DNA of 64,000 nucleotides from Octopus vulgaris (taxonomy: Eukaryota), in contig OX597826.1 of NCBI GenBank assembly GCA_951406725.2, positions 1,302,001-1,366,000 on the forward strand, in the 5' to 3' direction. How positions within the stretch are numbered: position 1 is the stretch's first letter; every line of letters starts with the position of its first letter. A program made the translations under genes and the position numbers. Positions 57,201 to 64,000 of this stretch are shown in pieces. The notes under the pieces are model-generated. The model was not told where the DNA came from, ran no database searches, and saw only the letters and a list, made by a program, of their open reading frames with translations.

Positions 57201-60200
57201 ATCGTAAAAAAAAAACAACCCCAGATAGACGTTAATCAAATAGAATCGGTTGCTAAGATGAATTCTAGCAAGAAAGGCAACTCCTTCAATGCTATTTGTG
57301 GAAGGTGCATAACTCTTACACACCAACCAGCAAGGGGAGACACTTCAGACATTAGAATGCTGTTTTCTAACACGAAGGAATACATTTTATGCCTTCAAGG
57401 AAGAAATGCAACGTTTTGAGCAGGGTTCATTCCCATTCTCTCTCCACGAAGAGATCGACCCAAAATGTTAGACTTCTTCTTCAAGGCATATAATTTATTC
57501 CACTATTTGAACCTATCGCATTCTTATTTACCAAAGCACTGTTTTACATATATGCCTGAGTATCGTTTTGTTTTACAAATGTTGTTCTTATTTTCTTGAA
57601 GAGATATAGAAGCAATACAAACATTACCCACAGAGATATGGCCAAACTCAATCATTTAAAATGTCCATTTCATTACGTTTCTGAGTTCTGTTTCAGTTGG
57701 GATAATAAAACCTAATCCCTTGGATTATTGTTGTTGCTTAGCCTCGAGTCAGTCCTGACTTAACAAACCTATGGCCAACTTTATTCCAGCTGTACCAGGT
57801 ATAGTGGACTAACGACTACATTATGAAATGTCTACCCACCCCACAAGACAATAGGTTGAGATTTGAGGGATTTTGCAGCTATCTTTAGCAAATGTGAGTG
57901 GATTGCATGGTGAGATATGATGCAAATCACCACAGCTGCTCTTTCATACTCCACCATCTTAGAAAGGGACACATTCAATATGACCCCAGGTGTATTGTCC
58001 TTTGAAAGGAGATGGGTTGCTCTCAACCAAAATGGTTTTCATGATGGATTTTTCTGAGCCTGAAATAATCTAGGCCTAAACAAGTACAGTTAAGCTGCTG
58101 AGCTGGGAGTCCACTCATTTCAATTTCTTCTCTTCTTTGTATAAATGCATGCATTTATGGGATCACACCAAGATGATCAAGGCCCGAAAGAGGGGGGGGC
58201 CAGTCAATTAGACTGGCCCCCAGCAACTGGTACTTAATTTATCGACCCCGAAAGGCAGAAAGGAACAGTTGACTTTGGCGGAATTTGAACTCAGAATGTA
58301 GAGACAGGTGAAATACTGCTCAGCATTTCTTCTGGCATTTCTGCCAGCTTGCTGCCTTAATAGTTACATATGAGAAGAAACAGTGTCTGTAAATGAACTG
58401 ATACTGTTGTTATTAATGGTACAACTGATTCAATGACTTAAAGAATAATACCTGTCATTGAGGCAGGAATAAATACTGAGAAAAGTAGATTTTGAAATGG
58501 GATTCCACTTTAAGATACCATAAAATATCTAATTTTACTTTTGCAAGGTCTCTTTACAATTCTGCGTTATAGTCACACAAAAACACAAAAAAGAGCCTAT
58601 ATGTGACTGTGTTCAAAGGTGTTTACTAATACTAGCTAATCCATTGGTGCTCACTAAGTGAAAAACAAATCTAATTCTTGACAGACTAATTGTACAAACA
58701 CGAAACAGAGAAAACAACATAAAACGAAACGAAAACACGAAGAACACAAGGAAATCCTTTGAGAGAGCGCTGTACCATTTTGTCAAGACGGTCTTCGGAA
58801 TTTGATAGTTTATCATTTATGCCCTTTTTCTTTCTCTCCTTCTCCTCCTTTTCTCGCCTCTTCCGTTCCTCCTCCTCCCTCTTCTTTTGTTCCTTCTCTC
58901 GCTTTTTCTCGTCCTTGTTGGAAGGAGGCCTTTTGAGGTAGGAGATGGGCATACCACCTTCTGTGGACCTTGCATCATATTCTCCACCCGAGTAGTCGGC
59001 AGTCTTAATACTCTGAAAGTAGACATTCTAACACATGCAAATCAAACAACAAAACCACAAATACCCAGAGCGCAAGACGCAGTAAACAAGCAAGTGCATG
59101 TGGAATGGGGATGCCTGCAAGTGCACTTGGTGCATGAAGCAGATTTAAGACAACATTGTGAAATGGTGTTAGATTAAAACTCAACAGGAAACAAATCACA
59201 AATATAAAACAACTCAATCTAGTGCTCCTATCTATATGATATGGTGGTGGGTGACAAAGAGAGAGGAAGGAGTAGAAGAGTAAGATGGCTAGAAAGTGGA
59301 GGGTCTAGAGAGAGAGAGAGTGTGTGAGAGTGGAGTTTGTGGCAGGAGAAGAGTAGAGCTGGTGCACGAAGGAAAATGGAGCTAGTGTATGAAAGAGATG
59401 GTGTAGGGAAGAAAAATGTAGCTACTGGAAAGAGGTAAGTGTATCAAGTGGGAGGGGAAAAAGAATGGAGCTTATCTCAGTGGGAGCTCACAAAGGAAAG
59501 TGTAGAGGGAAGACTAGAGTTGATGTGTGTGTGTTTGTGTAAAAGTGAAGCCCAAGGAGAAAGTGTTAGGTGATAGAATGGCAGATGCATGAATCTACAT
59601 ACTACAGGGTAAAGCTGATGACTGGTTATAATATATATATATTCCACAAAGCATGGCACATTACATCAGGATGAACAATGAAGTTAATCCCAGAACATTG
59701 GTTAGTCAAGAATAAAGATTATAACAATTACAATTATTGAAATCATTTCTTACATTAGTAGAAGGTCACAGATTCTGGACACAAGGCACAGTTGATTAAA
59801 AAGACTCCCAGTACTAGACTGATACTTATTTTATCAACCTCAGAAAGATGAAAGGCCAAGATTTGAACTCAAAATGTGAAGGGGTAGGACTAAATACTGC
59901 AAAGCATTTTGTCTAGCACTCACTGACCTCATGATACTAATGGTTTAAAATTTTGGCACAAGGCCAGCAATTTCAGAGGCTAAGATAAATCAGTTGTATG
60001 GACTCCAGTGTTCAACTGGTATTTTATCGACCCTGAAAGGATGAAAGGCAAAATCGACTTTGGCAGAGTTTGAACTCAGAATGTCTTTAAGATGAACAAA
60101 ATGCTGCTAACGATTCTGCCAAGGCACAAGGCCAGAAACTTTTGGTGAGGAGGGGGGGGGGGGCAGTAAATTTATATTGAACCCAGCTCAATTGGTATTT

Positions 60201-63200
60201 ACTTTAATCAACCCTGAAAGGACGAAAGGCAAAGTCTACTTTGGCTGAATTTGAACTCAGAATGTAAGAGTTGGACATACTGCAAAGCATTGTTCTAATG
60301 CTCTACTGATTCTGCCAGTTCACTGCCTTTTTCAAAGTTCAGCTTTTGATTTAAGCACAGGGCCAGCAATTGTGAGAGAAGTGAGGTTAGCTGCTTCAAA
60401 TGACCCCAGGAGGGATGAAAGTCAAAGTTAACCTTGATGGGATCTGAATTCAAGAATGTAAAGAATCAGAGCAAGTCCTGTGGAGCTTTTTATTTGACAC
60501 TAATGATTCTCCTAGTTTAGTGGGGTTTTTTTTTAATAATGAAAATAATAGTAATAATACAATCAAAACATTTACATTGGGTCAATAATAAGGTGGAAGG
60601 TAGGCAAAGAGGCTGAGCAGTGAAATTGCTACACTTGATTCCAAAGCCAAAAAAATTAGAATCCTGTTTTTGGCATCATTTTAATTTAAAAGCACAATAG
60701 TTGAAGAACAGGGGGAATAAAATCCATATAATAAATATATAATAAAAATAAATTATTAGTAGTGAGTAATGCTTATTGGTCCAAGAGCTAGGCCACCGAC
60801 AAAAAAGCCACCAGTCCAAAATATATTAGAATCTATATGCAATAAACATTAATGAAAGGCAGGAGCTGGCAGAAGCAAGCCAGTTTATCTATCTAGGCAG
60901 TTAATATCACTAATGATGGTAGGTTTAGAAATAAACTAGACTGTAGCATGTCCCAGGTCAGAATGTCATTTGTAAGTTTGAGAGAATGCCTGTGGAAACA
61001 TCAGGTGCCTGTCGATCCAGTGCAAAATATACCAGGCAATAGTATCATCTAGGATGGGCAGCATGGCTGATATATGATGTGAAGGAGACAAACAAAAAAT
61101 GAACTGCCTGCATTCATGATGTGAGATTTGAGAGAGATCATGAACATCACATCATCAGATGGATAGACAAGGTCAAGAGCACCCTCATTCTAGCATGAGA
61201 GAGGTACTGGTGTAACAAACCTCCACCAGATTGTATATGTCCATAGAATTCAAGAAGCTTGGTTACCAAGACAAAGATTGGCTAAATGTAACATCAGGTA
61301 AAGGTAAAGACCCCCTTTGGTCATGAATGACCATAGGATGTACCTAGAAAGTTCCGCTCCAAGGCACAAGTCTGGGCAAGGCTGTTTATGACCAGTAGTC
61401 ATCCATGCACACCAGCCTCTCCTCTTCATGCCACCGATGTTCTCCAAGGGAAAGGCAAAGACCGATACAGCTTGGCACCAGTGACATTATAAACCATTTC
61501 TACAGCTGAGTGAATTGGAACAATGTGAAATAAAGTGTCTTGCTCAAGAATACAACACACAGCCCAGTCCAGGAATTGAACTCACTACCTCATGATCGTG
61601 AGCCTGATGCTCTAATCACCAAGCCATGTGCCTTCACCAAATGTAATATTAGAGGAATGGACAACAACAACCAGAACTGTGCCACAACAACTTAGGACAA
61701 GATCCCGTGGTAGAGATCCATTTCCTTCTGATGGTATGCTTCATATATTCTGTCATTATTAACTATTGTCTTACGAAACAATAAACATTACTGCTTCACC
61801 TAACATTACCTCACAGAGTCAAAAATAGGGGATACTCTCACTTTTTGAATGAATAAGAACAATCAGTGAATTTCAGAACTACTTTCTCCATCCACAGAAT
61901 ACAAAAATATCCTCCCTCACTTGGGAAAATTAAATCAGAAAAAAAAAAATTTGCCACGTCTTTTAACAGAATTTGTTTTAAAAATGTTTTTTTTTTTTAT
62001 CAGTAGACAATTACCTTAATAATAAAATTGAAGCCTTTTTTTTTAAGGAAGTTAAGTTTAGTAGCATTGCTTTTTTTTTTTTAGAAAAGATTAAATATAT
62101 ATAAAAAAAAATTTAAACCCACCAACATCCTATAAATGAGGAGATCATCAACTATCAACTGATAGTGTGATAGTGCAAAACAACTAAAACAAATACAAGT
62201 CAAAGTGCTAAATAAATTCACAACCAGATCGCTTTGAAAGGATGCAATATAAGAACTGATGAACCAAAAACTGACATCTGAAAACTGATACAAAGGGAGG
62301 GGTAAAAAAAAACAAAAAAACAAACACACTGAAAAACGATAAAAACAAAATTGAAAATCGTTGACTTACGTCTGGAGAGCTTGGTCTATCATATCTGTCA
62401 GCCTCGTTAACGTTGGGGAGAGAGACCACTTTACCATCTTCATTGCCGCCGTATTGGTTTTGCATGCCCCATCCTGGATAGGTGGCTTGGTCACCATGTT
62501 TTTTATCACGTCGATCTCGTACATCATGGCGAGGAAGTGTTGCAATAATTGGATAGTCACCAGCAGATCCGAAAGACTCAGTGCTTGCAATGCGGTCACG
62601 GTTGACTGCAACGGGGAGAGAGAGAGAGAGGGCATAATGAAATTCATGGAATGAGATCGTGGGGTGTAGCTGTTTAGATGCTGGTGATTTGGCAGGGTTG
62701 ACAGAGTACTTTTTGGCACTGGAGGCAGACAGACAGACACACACATGCATACAGAAAGATACACATACAGATTAAGGGAGAGGGATGGCAATAATTTAAA
62801 AGCTTATGGCTAAGTCAAACCAGGTTCAATTTTTTTCTCAGCACAGGGTTAATGGTTAATCATAATAAAAAAAACTACCCATCTTTTGTTGTTCTTTTCT
62901 TTCTGTTTCAGCCATTGGACTGTGGAAATGCTGGGGCACTACTTTGAAGAATTTTTAGCCAATTCAATCAATTGCAGTATTTTTTTAAAGCCTGGTCCTT
63001 ATTCAATTGGTCTCCTTTGCTGAACTGCTAAATTGTGAGTGGGTGGTAGGGAACAGACACAGAAACATGCACACATATATATATGATGGGCTTCCCAAGA
63101 CTATAGAAGACATTTGCCCAAGATGCCATGCAATGGAACTGAACCCAGAACCATGTGATTGGGAAGCAAACTTCTTACCATACAACCATGGCAATCAGCA

Positions 63201-64000
63201 TGAAATTCTGCTTTAAGCATTTCATATAATCTTTCATAGTTTAAAAAAAAATTTTCTTGGCATTTTCAGAAAATTTTTGTAAATTGTGCGTATGATTTAA
63301 GGGCAATTTAGCTGTTGTTTTTAGCACATCACACAACCACCTGATGCCTTCCTGGTTTCTTTATCACTCTGAGATGTACTAATGTTTTTCAATATTTTTC
63401 TCCCCATAAACACATTTAATGATTCTTTGCTGGGACATGAGCTAAAAATTTGCACTGCCTGTTTTTAAGAAAAAAAAAGAAAAATGGAAAAAGAGAGGAA
63501 ATTTTAGGTTTAGGATTTAAGGGTAGGTTAAAAAAATTTTTGTTTTCATAATCGTATGAATTCCTGTGAAGAACATGAATTCACAAAAATTTTCTGAAAA
63601 TTCCAATAAATAAAAAAGTTATGAGGGTTTATAAGAGGTCTTTAAACCAGAATTGTCGGAAAAGGTATAAAATTTTTGGTTTTTTTCTTTCTGGGAGAGG
63701 TCGGAAGTCAAAAAGCTATCCAAGTAACAAGATTCATGAACTATTTTTTTTTTTTTGGTGTGGGGGGGGGGGACACATTGTACAAAATAATACAAATCTA
63801 TTGAGCAAAGTACAAAACTTTGATGAGCTCTTACCGTCATCCATACTTCGTGACCGATCATAATTGTAAGACTGGGCGTATTTCCCACCACGATTGAAAT
63901 GAGGATTCTGTCTATCAATTGTATCCTGGCGTGTTTGATATTGTGTGCGACCAGAGTAGCGGAACTTAGAACCAAACCGTGGGAATACATTTGCAGGTTT
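9377..64000 (-). CDS. EPB41: Protein 4.1 / coracle (EPB41-family FERM protein), partial multi-exon gene. Exons: 64000-63835, 62605-62370, 59012-58776, 55743-55681, 54187-54122, 51666-51556, 42268-42197, 35097-34945, 30699-27781, 20915-20751, 18442-18233, 10349-10260, 9478-9377. About 1,529 aa in the window with all exons included; the FERM domain is upstream of the window.
   Basis: Hand translation gives the FERM-adjacent motif FGSKFRYSGRTQ at the 5' end and the 4.1 C-terminal domain (VPIVKTETRKVSY...DGMIETRVEKKVTITSDNDDIDYDAALAEAIRSVTQMNADLSVEKI) at the 3' end. All junctions are GT-AG and frame-consistent. Confidence 0.93.
10260..10349 (-). CDS. EPB41: 4.1/coracle C-terminal domain exon
   Basis: cttcag acceptor; YRTEKDGMIETRVEKKVTITSDNDDIDYDA, resembling 4.1 GISETRIEKRIVITGDADIDHD; gtgagt donor; 90 nt. 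Confidence 0.93.
14520..14945 (+). mobile_element. Decayed RTE-clade LINE 3' fragment
   Basis: Frameshifted remnants such as GYNWGEVEKTTQ..KQWRHVENLWSTG resemble the C-terminus of an RTE ORF. Confidence 0.5.
16104..16476 (+). mobile_element. Internally deleted Tc1/mariner-superfamily DNA transposon
   Basis: TIRs CAGGGTGATTCAAA...TTTGAATCACCCTG flanked by TA; internal transposase remnant PDLTPVDFCLWGHLKGVVYSGKIKDLNHLKERIT from about 16173. Confidence 0.9.
17039..17425. mobile_element. piggyBac-like MITE (TTAA-CCCTTT...AAAGGG type) plus an adjacent inverted partial copy
   Basis: ttaaccttttagcat...aaagggtcaa; family copies at about 33590-33800 and 42979-43186. Confidence 0.6.
18233..18442 (-). 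CDS. EPB41: 4.1/coracle exon, start of the C-terminal domain
   Basis: ttctttcgtctcctacag acceptor; PPTIATESIKYTPDLSEMPISTKNVPIVKTETRKVSYQREGVEGQPMSEDGVLVSSQAHSSKTQTIETTT, resembling vertebrate 4.1 VPIVHTETKTITY; gtaagt donor; 210 nt. Confidence 0.9.
18893..19172 (+). mobile_element. Full-length tRNA-derived SINE
   Basis: A box TGGCCTAGTGG, B box GGTTCGAATCT, non-tRNA body and tail gaaaccgggaaaccggcccttatgagcc; CpG-rich, so probably young. Confidence 0.85.
20751..20915 (-). CDS. EPB41: 4.1/coracle exon with a proline-rich motif (55 aa)
   Basis: gtcttaacgcag acceptor; TTRAGFGSKFGLVNGIRDPQTGLRKKPPPVPPKYTRSNPEDQLDTHPYLGGRLSP; gtaagt donor; 165 nt, phase 0-0. Confidence 0.82.
21674..22297. mobile_element. 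Long-palindrome (foldback) MITE with internal telomere-like repeats
   Basis: TIR GGATCTTTTCCTTTTGAA...TTCAAAAGGAAAAGATCC; arms complementary over about 280 nt; near-perfect 8-bp TSD aattactt/aattacct; CCCTAA and TTAGGG tracts near the centre. Confidence 0.85.
22862..23100 (-). mobile_element. CR1/L2-group LINE 3' end
   Basis: GHAYKVRKQHSSHDFRKHFFTLRVAEAWNKLPASVVDCHDTASFK...*, a typical CR1 ORF2 C-terminus, followed by a short UTR and a (TTA)n tail. Confidence 0.88.
24096..24272. repeat. Imperfect 177-nt inverted repeat (hairpin)
   Basis: gcaacattaaattaaaatagctatctaggtatcat... is the near reverse complement of ...atggtacatagatgactattttaatttaatattgc; loop about 3 nt. Confidence 0.8.
26503..27255 (-). 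mobile_element. (AAT)n tract followed by a tandem cluster of tRNA-derived SINEs
   Basis: Same family as 7925-9075. Confidence 0.8.
27283..27512. mobile_element. piggyBac-like MITE
   Basis: TTAA-CCCTTT...AAAGGG-TTAA; an inverted family copy lies at 54746-54960. Confidence 0.8.
27781..30699 (-). CDS. EPB41: Giant exon of 4.1/coracle: 973-aa YGPDG[KR]x heptad-repeat domain
   Basis: Strong acceptor tattttcttttctag|CCT 11 codons upstream of and in frame with the 972-aa ORF; GAT AAG|gtaggt donor; 2,919 nt = 973 codons, phase 0-0 like its neighbours; no ATG-initiated start of its own. Confidence 0.85.
33984..34349 (+). mobile_element. Non-autonomous Helentron (HINE/DINE-1-like) element
   Basis: 5' ttattacctttgcc...ggcagaggt stem, (GTTT)n microsatellite, 3' subterminal ttggcggaggt and short hairpin, inserted in T-rich sequence. 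Confidence 0.7.
34945..35097 (-). CDS. EPB41: 4.1/coracle exon, Ser-rich and acidic (51 aa)
   Basis: tctttacag acceptor; HSSSSSSSSSSDSSDDEGEGKDKVTTFDAQAEQMKTKLPPILDEEQELVEK; AAG|gtttgc donor; 153 nt, phase 0-0. Confidence 0.78.
36200..36720 (-). mobile_element. Cluster of tRNA-derived SINEs
   Basis: Same family as 7925-9075. Confidence 0.8.
36880..37230 (-). mobile_element. RTE-clade LINE 3' fragment
   Basis: VRAMCGVKLLDKRKAKDLMEILGLEESVGQLARMNGV-WYGHVLRRVEDHVLKKVLKFKVNEPRRRDRPKKT (one frameshift), a typical RTE C-terminus. Confidence 0.88.
38805..39038 (-). mobile_element. Near full-length tRNA-derived SINE
   Basis: Minus-strand head aaggcgcaagctggcagaaacgttagc...gagttcaaattccgcc and an A-rich tail; further copies at about 41665-41872, 43720-43920, 51745-51900 and 58180-58358. 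Confidence 0.85.
39588..39683 (-). CDS. Possible additional cassette exon of 4.1/coracle (32 aa)
   Basis: gcctttctccgtaatag acceptor; LLRSNLFKDDHWISTSPLVDLSLEEDQRYANP; CCT|gtgata donor (weak); 96 nt, phase 0-0; no homology support. Confidence 0.35.
42197..42268 (-). CDS. EPB41: 4.1/coracle small exon (24 aa)
   Basis: gtcttacag acceptor; KSVHRSSSGLMCPMRNPFKKRSEK; AAG|gtgaca donor; 72 nt, phase 0-0. Confidence 0.6.
45650..48810. repeat. Intronic tandem array of four ~830-880-bp units
   Basis: Anchor gccatgaagc at 45697, 46576, 47445 and 48275 (spacings 879, 869, 830). Copies 2-4 share an almost identical ~200-bp core; copy 1 is diverged. Confidence 0.93.
51556..51666 (-). CDS. EPB41: 4.1/coracle exon (37 aa, basic)
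   Basis: tactccag acceptor; GKEKGRLGLFGKFRKHPKDKDKGKTPPASPTEKEMTQ; CAG|gtttct donor; 111 nt, phase 0-0. Confidence 0.75.
54122..54187 (-). CDS. EPB41: 4.1/coracle small exon (22 aa)
   Basis: tgtatttttgcag acceptor; SNNLKNGQKPQEEPEVAAEKEK; AAG|gttggt donor; 66 nt, phase 0-0 (a competing gtaatg donor lies 4 nt further on). Confidence 0.72.
54746..54960. mobile_element. piggyBac-like MITE (inverted copy of the 27283-27512 family)
   Basis: TTAA-CCCTTT...AAAGGG-TTAA with shared internal sequence. Confidence 0.8.
55000..55375 (+). mobile_element. tRNA-derived SINE of a second family
   Basis: A box TGGCTGAGTGA, B box GGTTCAGTCC, then ggcaagtgtcttctacta core; opposite-strand copies at about 3920-4030, 49780-50140, 53500-53645 and 62900-63195. 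Confidence 0.78.
55681..55743 (-). CDS. EPB41: 4.1/coracle small exon (21 aa)
   Basis: ttctatttccgttatag acceptor; TDDESVIRADAVKPVAADLET; gtaagt donor; 63 nt, phase 0-0. Confidence 0.8.
57389..57490. mobile_element. Small (~100 bp) MITE
   Basis: Imperfect ~30-bp terminal inverted repeats tatgccttcaaggaagaaatgcaacgtttt / aaaatgttagacttcttcttcaaggcata. Confidence 0.55.
58776..59012 (-). CDS. EPB41: 4.1/coracle exon with an E/K/R-rich charged helix
   Basis: actttcag acceptor; SIKTADYSGGEYDARSTEGGMPISYLKRPPSNKDEKKREKEQKKREEEERKRREKEEKERKKKGINDKLSNSEDRLDKM; ATG|gtacag donor; 237 nt, phase 0-0. Confidence 0.85.
59755..60520 (-). mobile_element. Tandem cluster of four tRNA-derived SINEs
   Basis: Same family as 7925-9075. 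Confidence 0.8.
60880..61290 (+). mobile_element. Decayed RTE-clade LINE fragment
   Basis: Remnants DGRFRNKLDCSMSQVRMSFVSLRECLWKHQV, KIYQAIV, LREIMNI and WIDKV. Confidence 0.6.
61299..61636 (-). mobile_element. Full-length tRNA-derived SINE of a third family
   Basis: Minus-strand head gaaggcacatggcttggtgattagagc...gagttcaattcctgg, core ttgagcaagacactttatttcac...cactcagctg, (TTTACC)n tail. Confidence 0.8.
62370..62605 (-). CDS. EPB41: 4.1/coracle exon downstream of the FA domain
   Basis: (CT)n...ttgcag acceptor in phase 1 matching the previous exon; VNRDRIASTESFGSAGDYPIIATLPRHD...DRYDRPSSPD; GAC|gtaagt donor (phase 0). Confidence 0.85.
63232..63626. mobile_element. Degenerate MITE-like element with inverted ends
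   Basis: ttggcattttcagaaaatttttgtaaatt near 63257 is the near reverse complement of gaattcacaaaaattttctgaaaattccaa near 63577; internal ttaggg-like tract. Confidence 0.45.
63835..64000 (-). CDS. EPB41: 4.1/coracle exon encoding the FERM-adjacent (FA) domain, truncated by the window edge
   Basis: KPANVFPRFGSKFRYSGRTQYQTRQDTIDRQNPHFNRGGKYAQSYNYDRSRSMDD, then G|gtaag donor (phase 1). Confidence 0.93.

Noticed and set aside
20751-59012. Spectrin-actin-binding (SAB) domain of vertebrate 4.1
   Set aside because: No exon found resembles it, consistent with coracle-type invertebrate 4.1. A diverged exon could have been missed.
19700-62760. Window-wide enrichment of Rbfox TGCATG motifs
   Set aside because: The number seen is about what base composition predicts for 64 kb, so only positional conservation could make them meaningful.

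Overview
AT-rich animal genomic DNA, most likely an octopod cephalopod judging from the SINE/MITE families and microsatellite load. The window is almost entirely the 3' two-thirds of one minus-strand protein 4.1 / coracle (EPB41-family) gene. I reconstructed 13 coding exons by hand from GT-AG sites and frame continuity. They run from the FERM-adjacent motif (GSKFRYSGRTQ, cut by the right edge; the FERM domain lies outside the window) to the 4.1 C-terminal domain and stop at 9377, followed by a probable 2.5 kb 3'UTR exon. The most striking feature is a frame-preserving 2,919-nt giant exon (27781-30699, 973 aa). It is built from about 117 in-register heptads of the type [YF]-G-P-D-G-[KR]-x, organised at three nested levels, and sits where vertebrate 4.1 has its spectrin-actin-binding domain. 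Every intron after the second exon is phase 0. An intronic four-copy ~850-bp tandem array carries a near-identical core that reads as an acceptor, a hydrophobic 26-codon tail and a stop. The rest is a 3.6 kb (TA)n tract, tRNA-derived SINEs, LINE 3' fragments and several MITEs. All calls come from reading the sequence; no searches were run.
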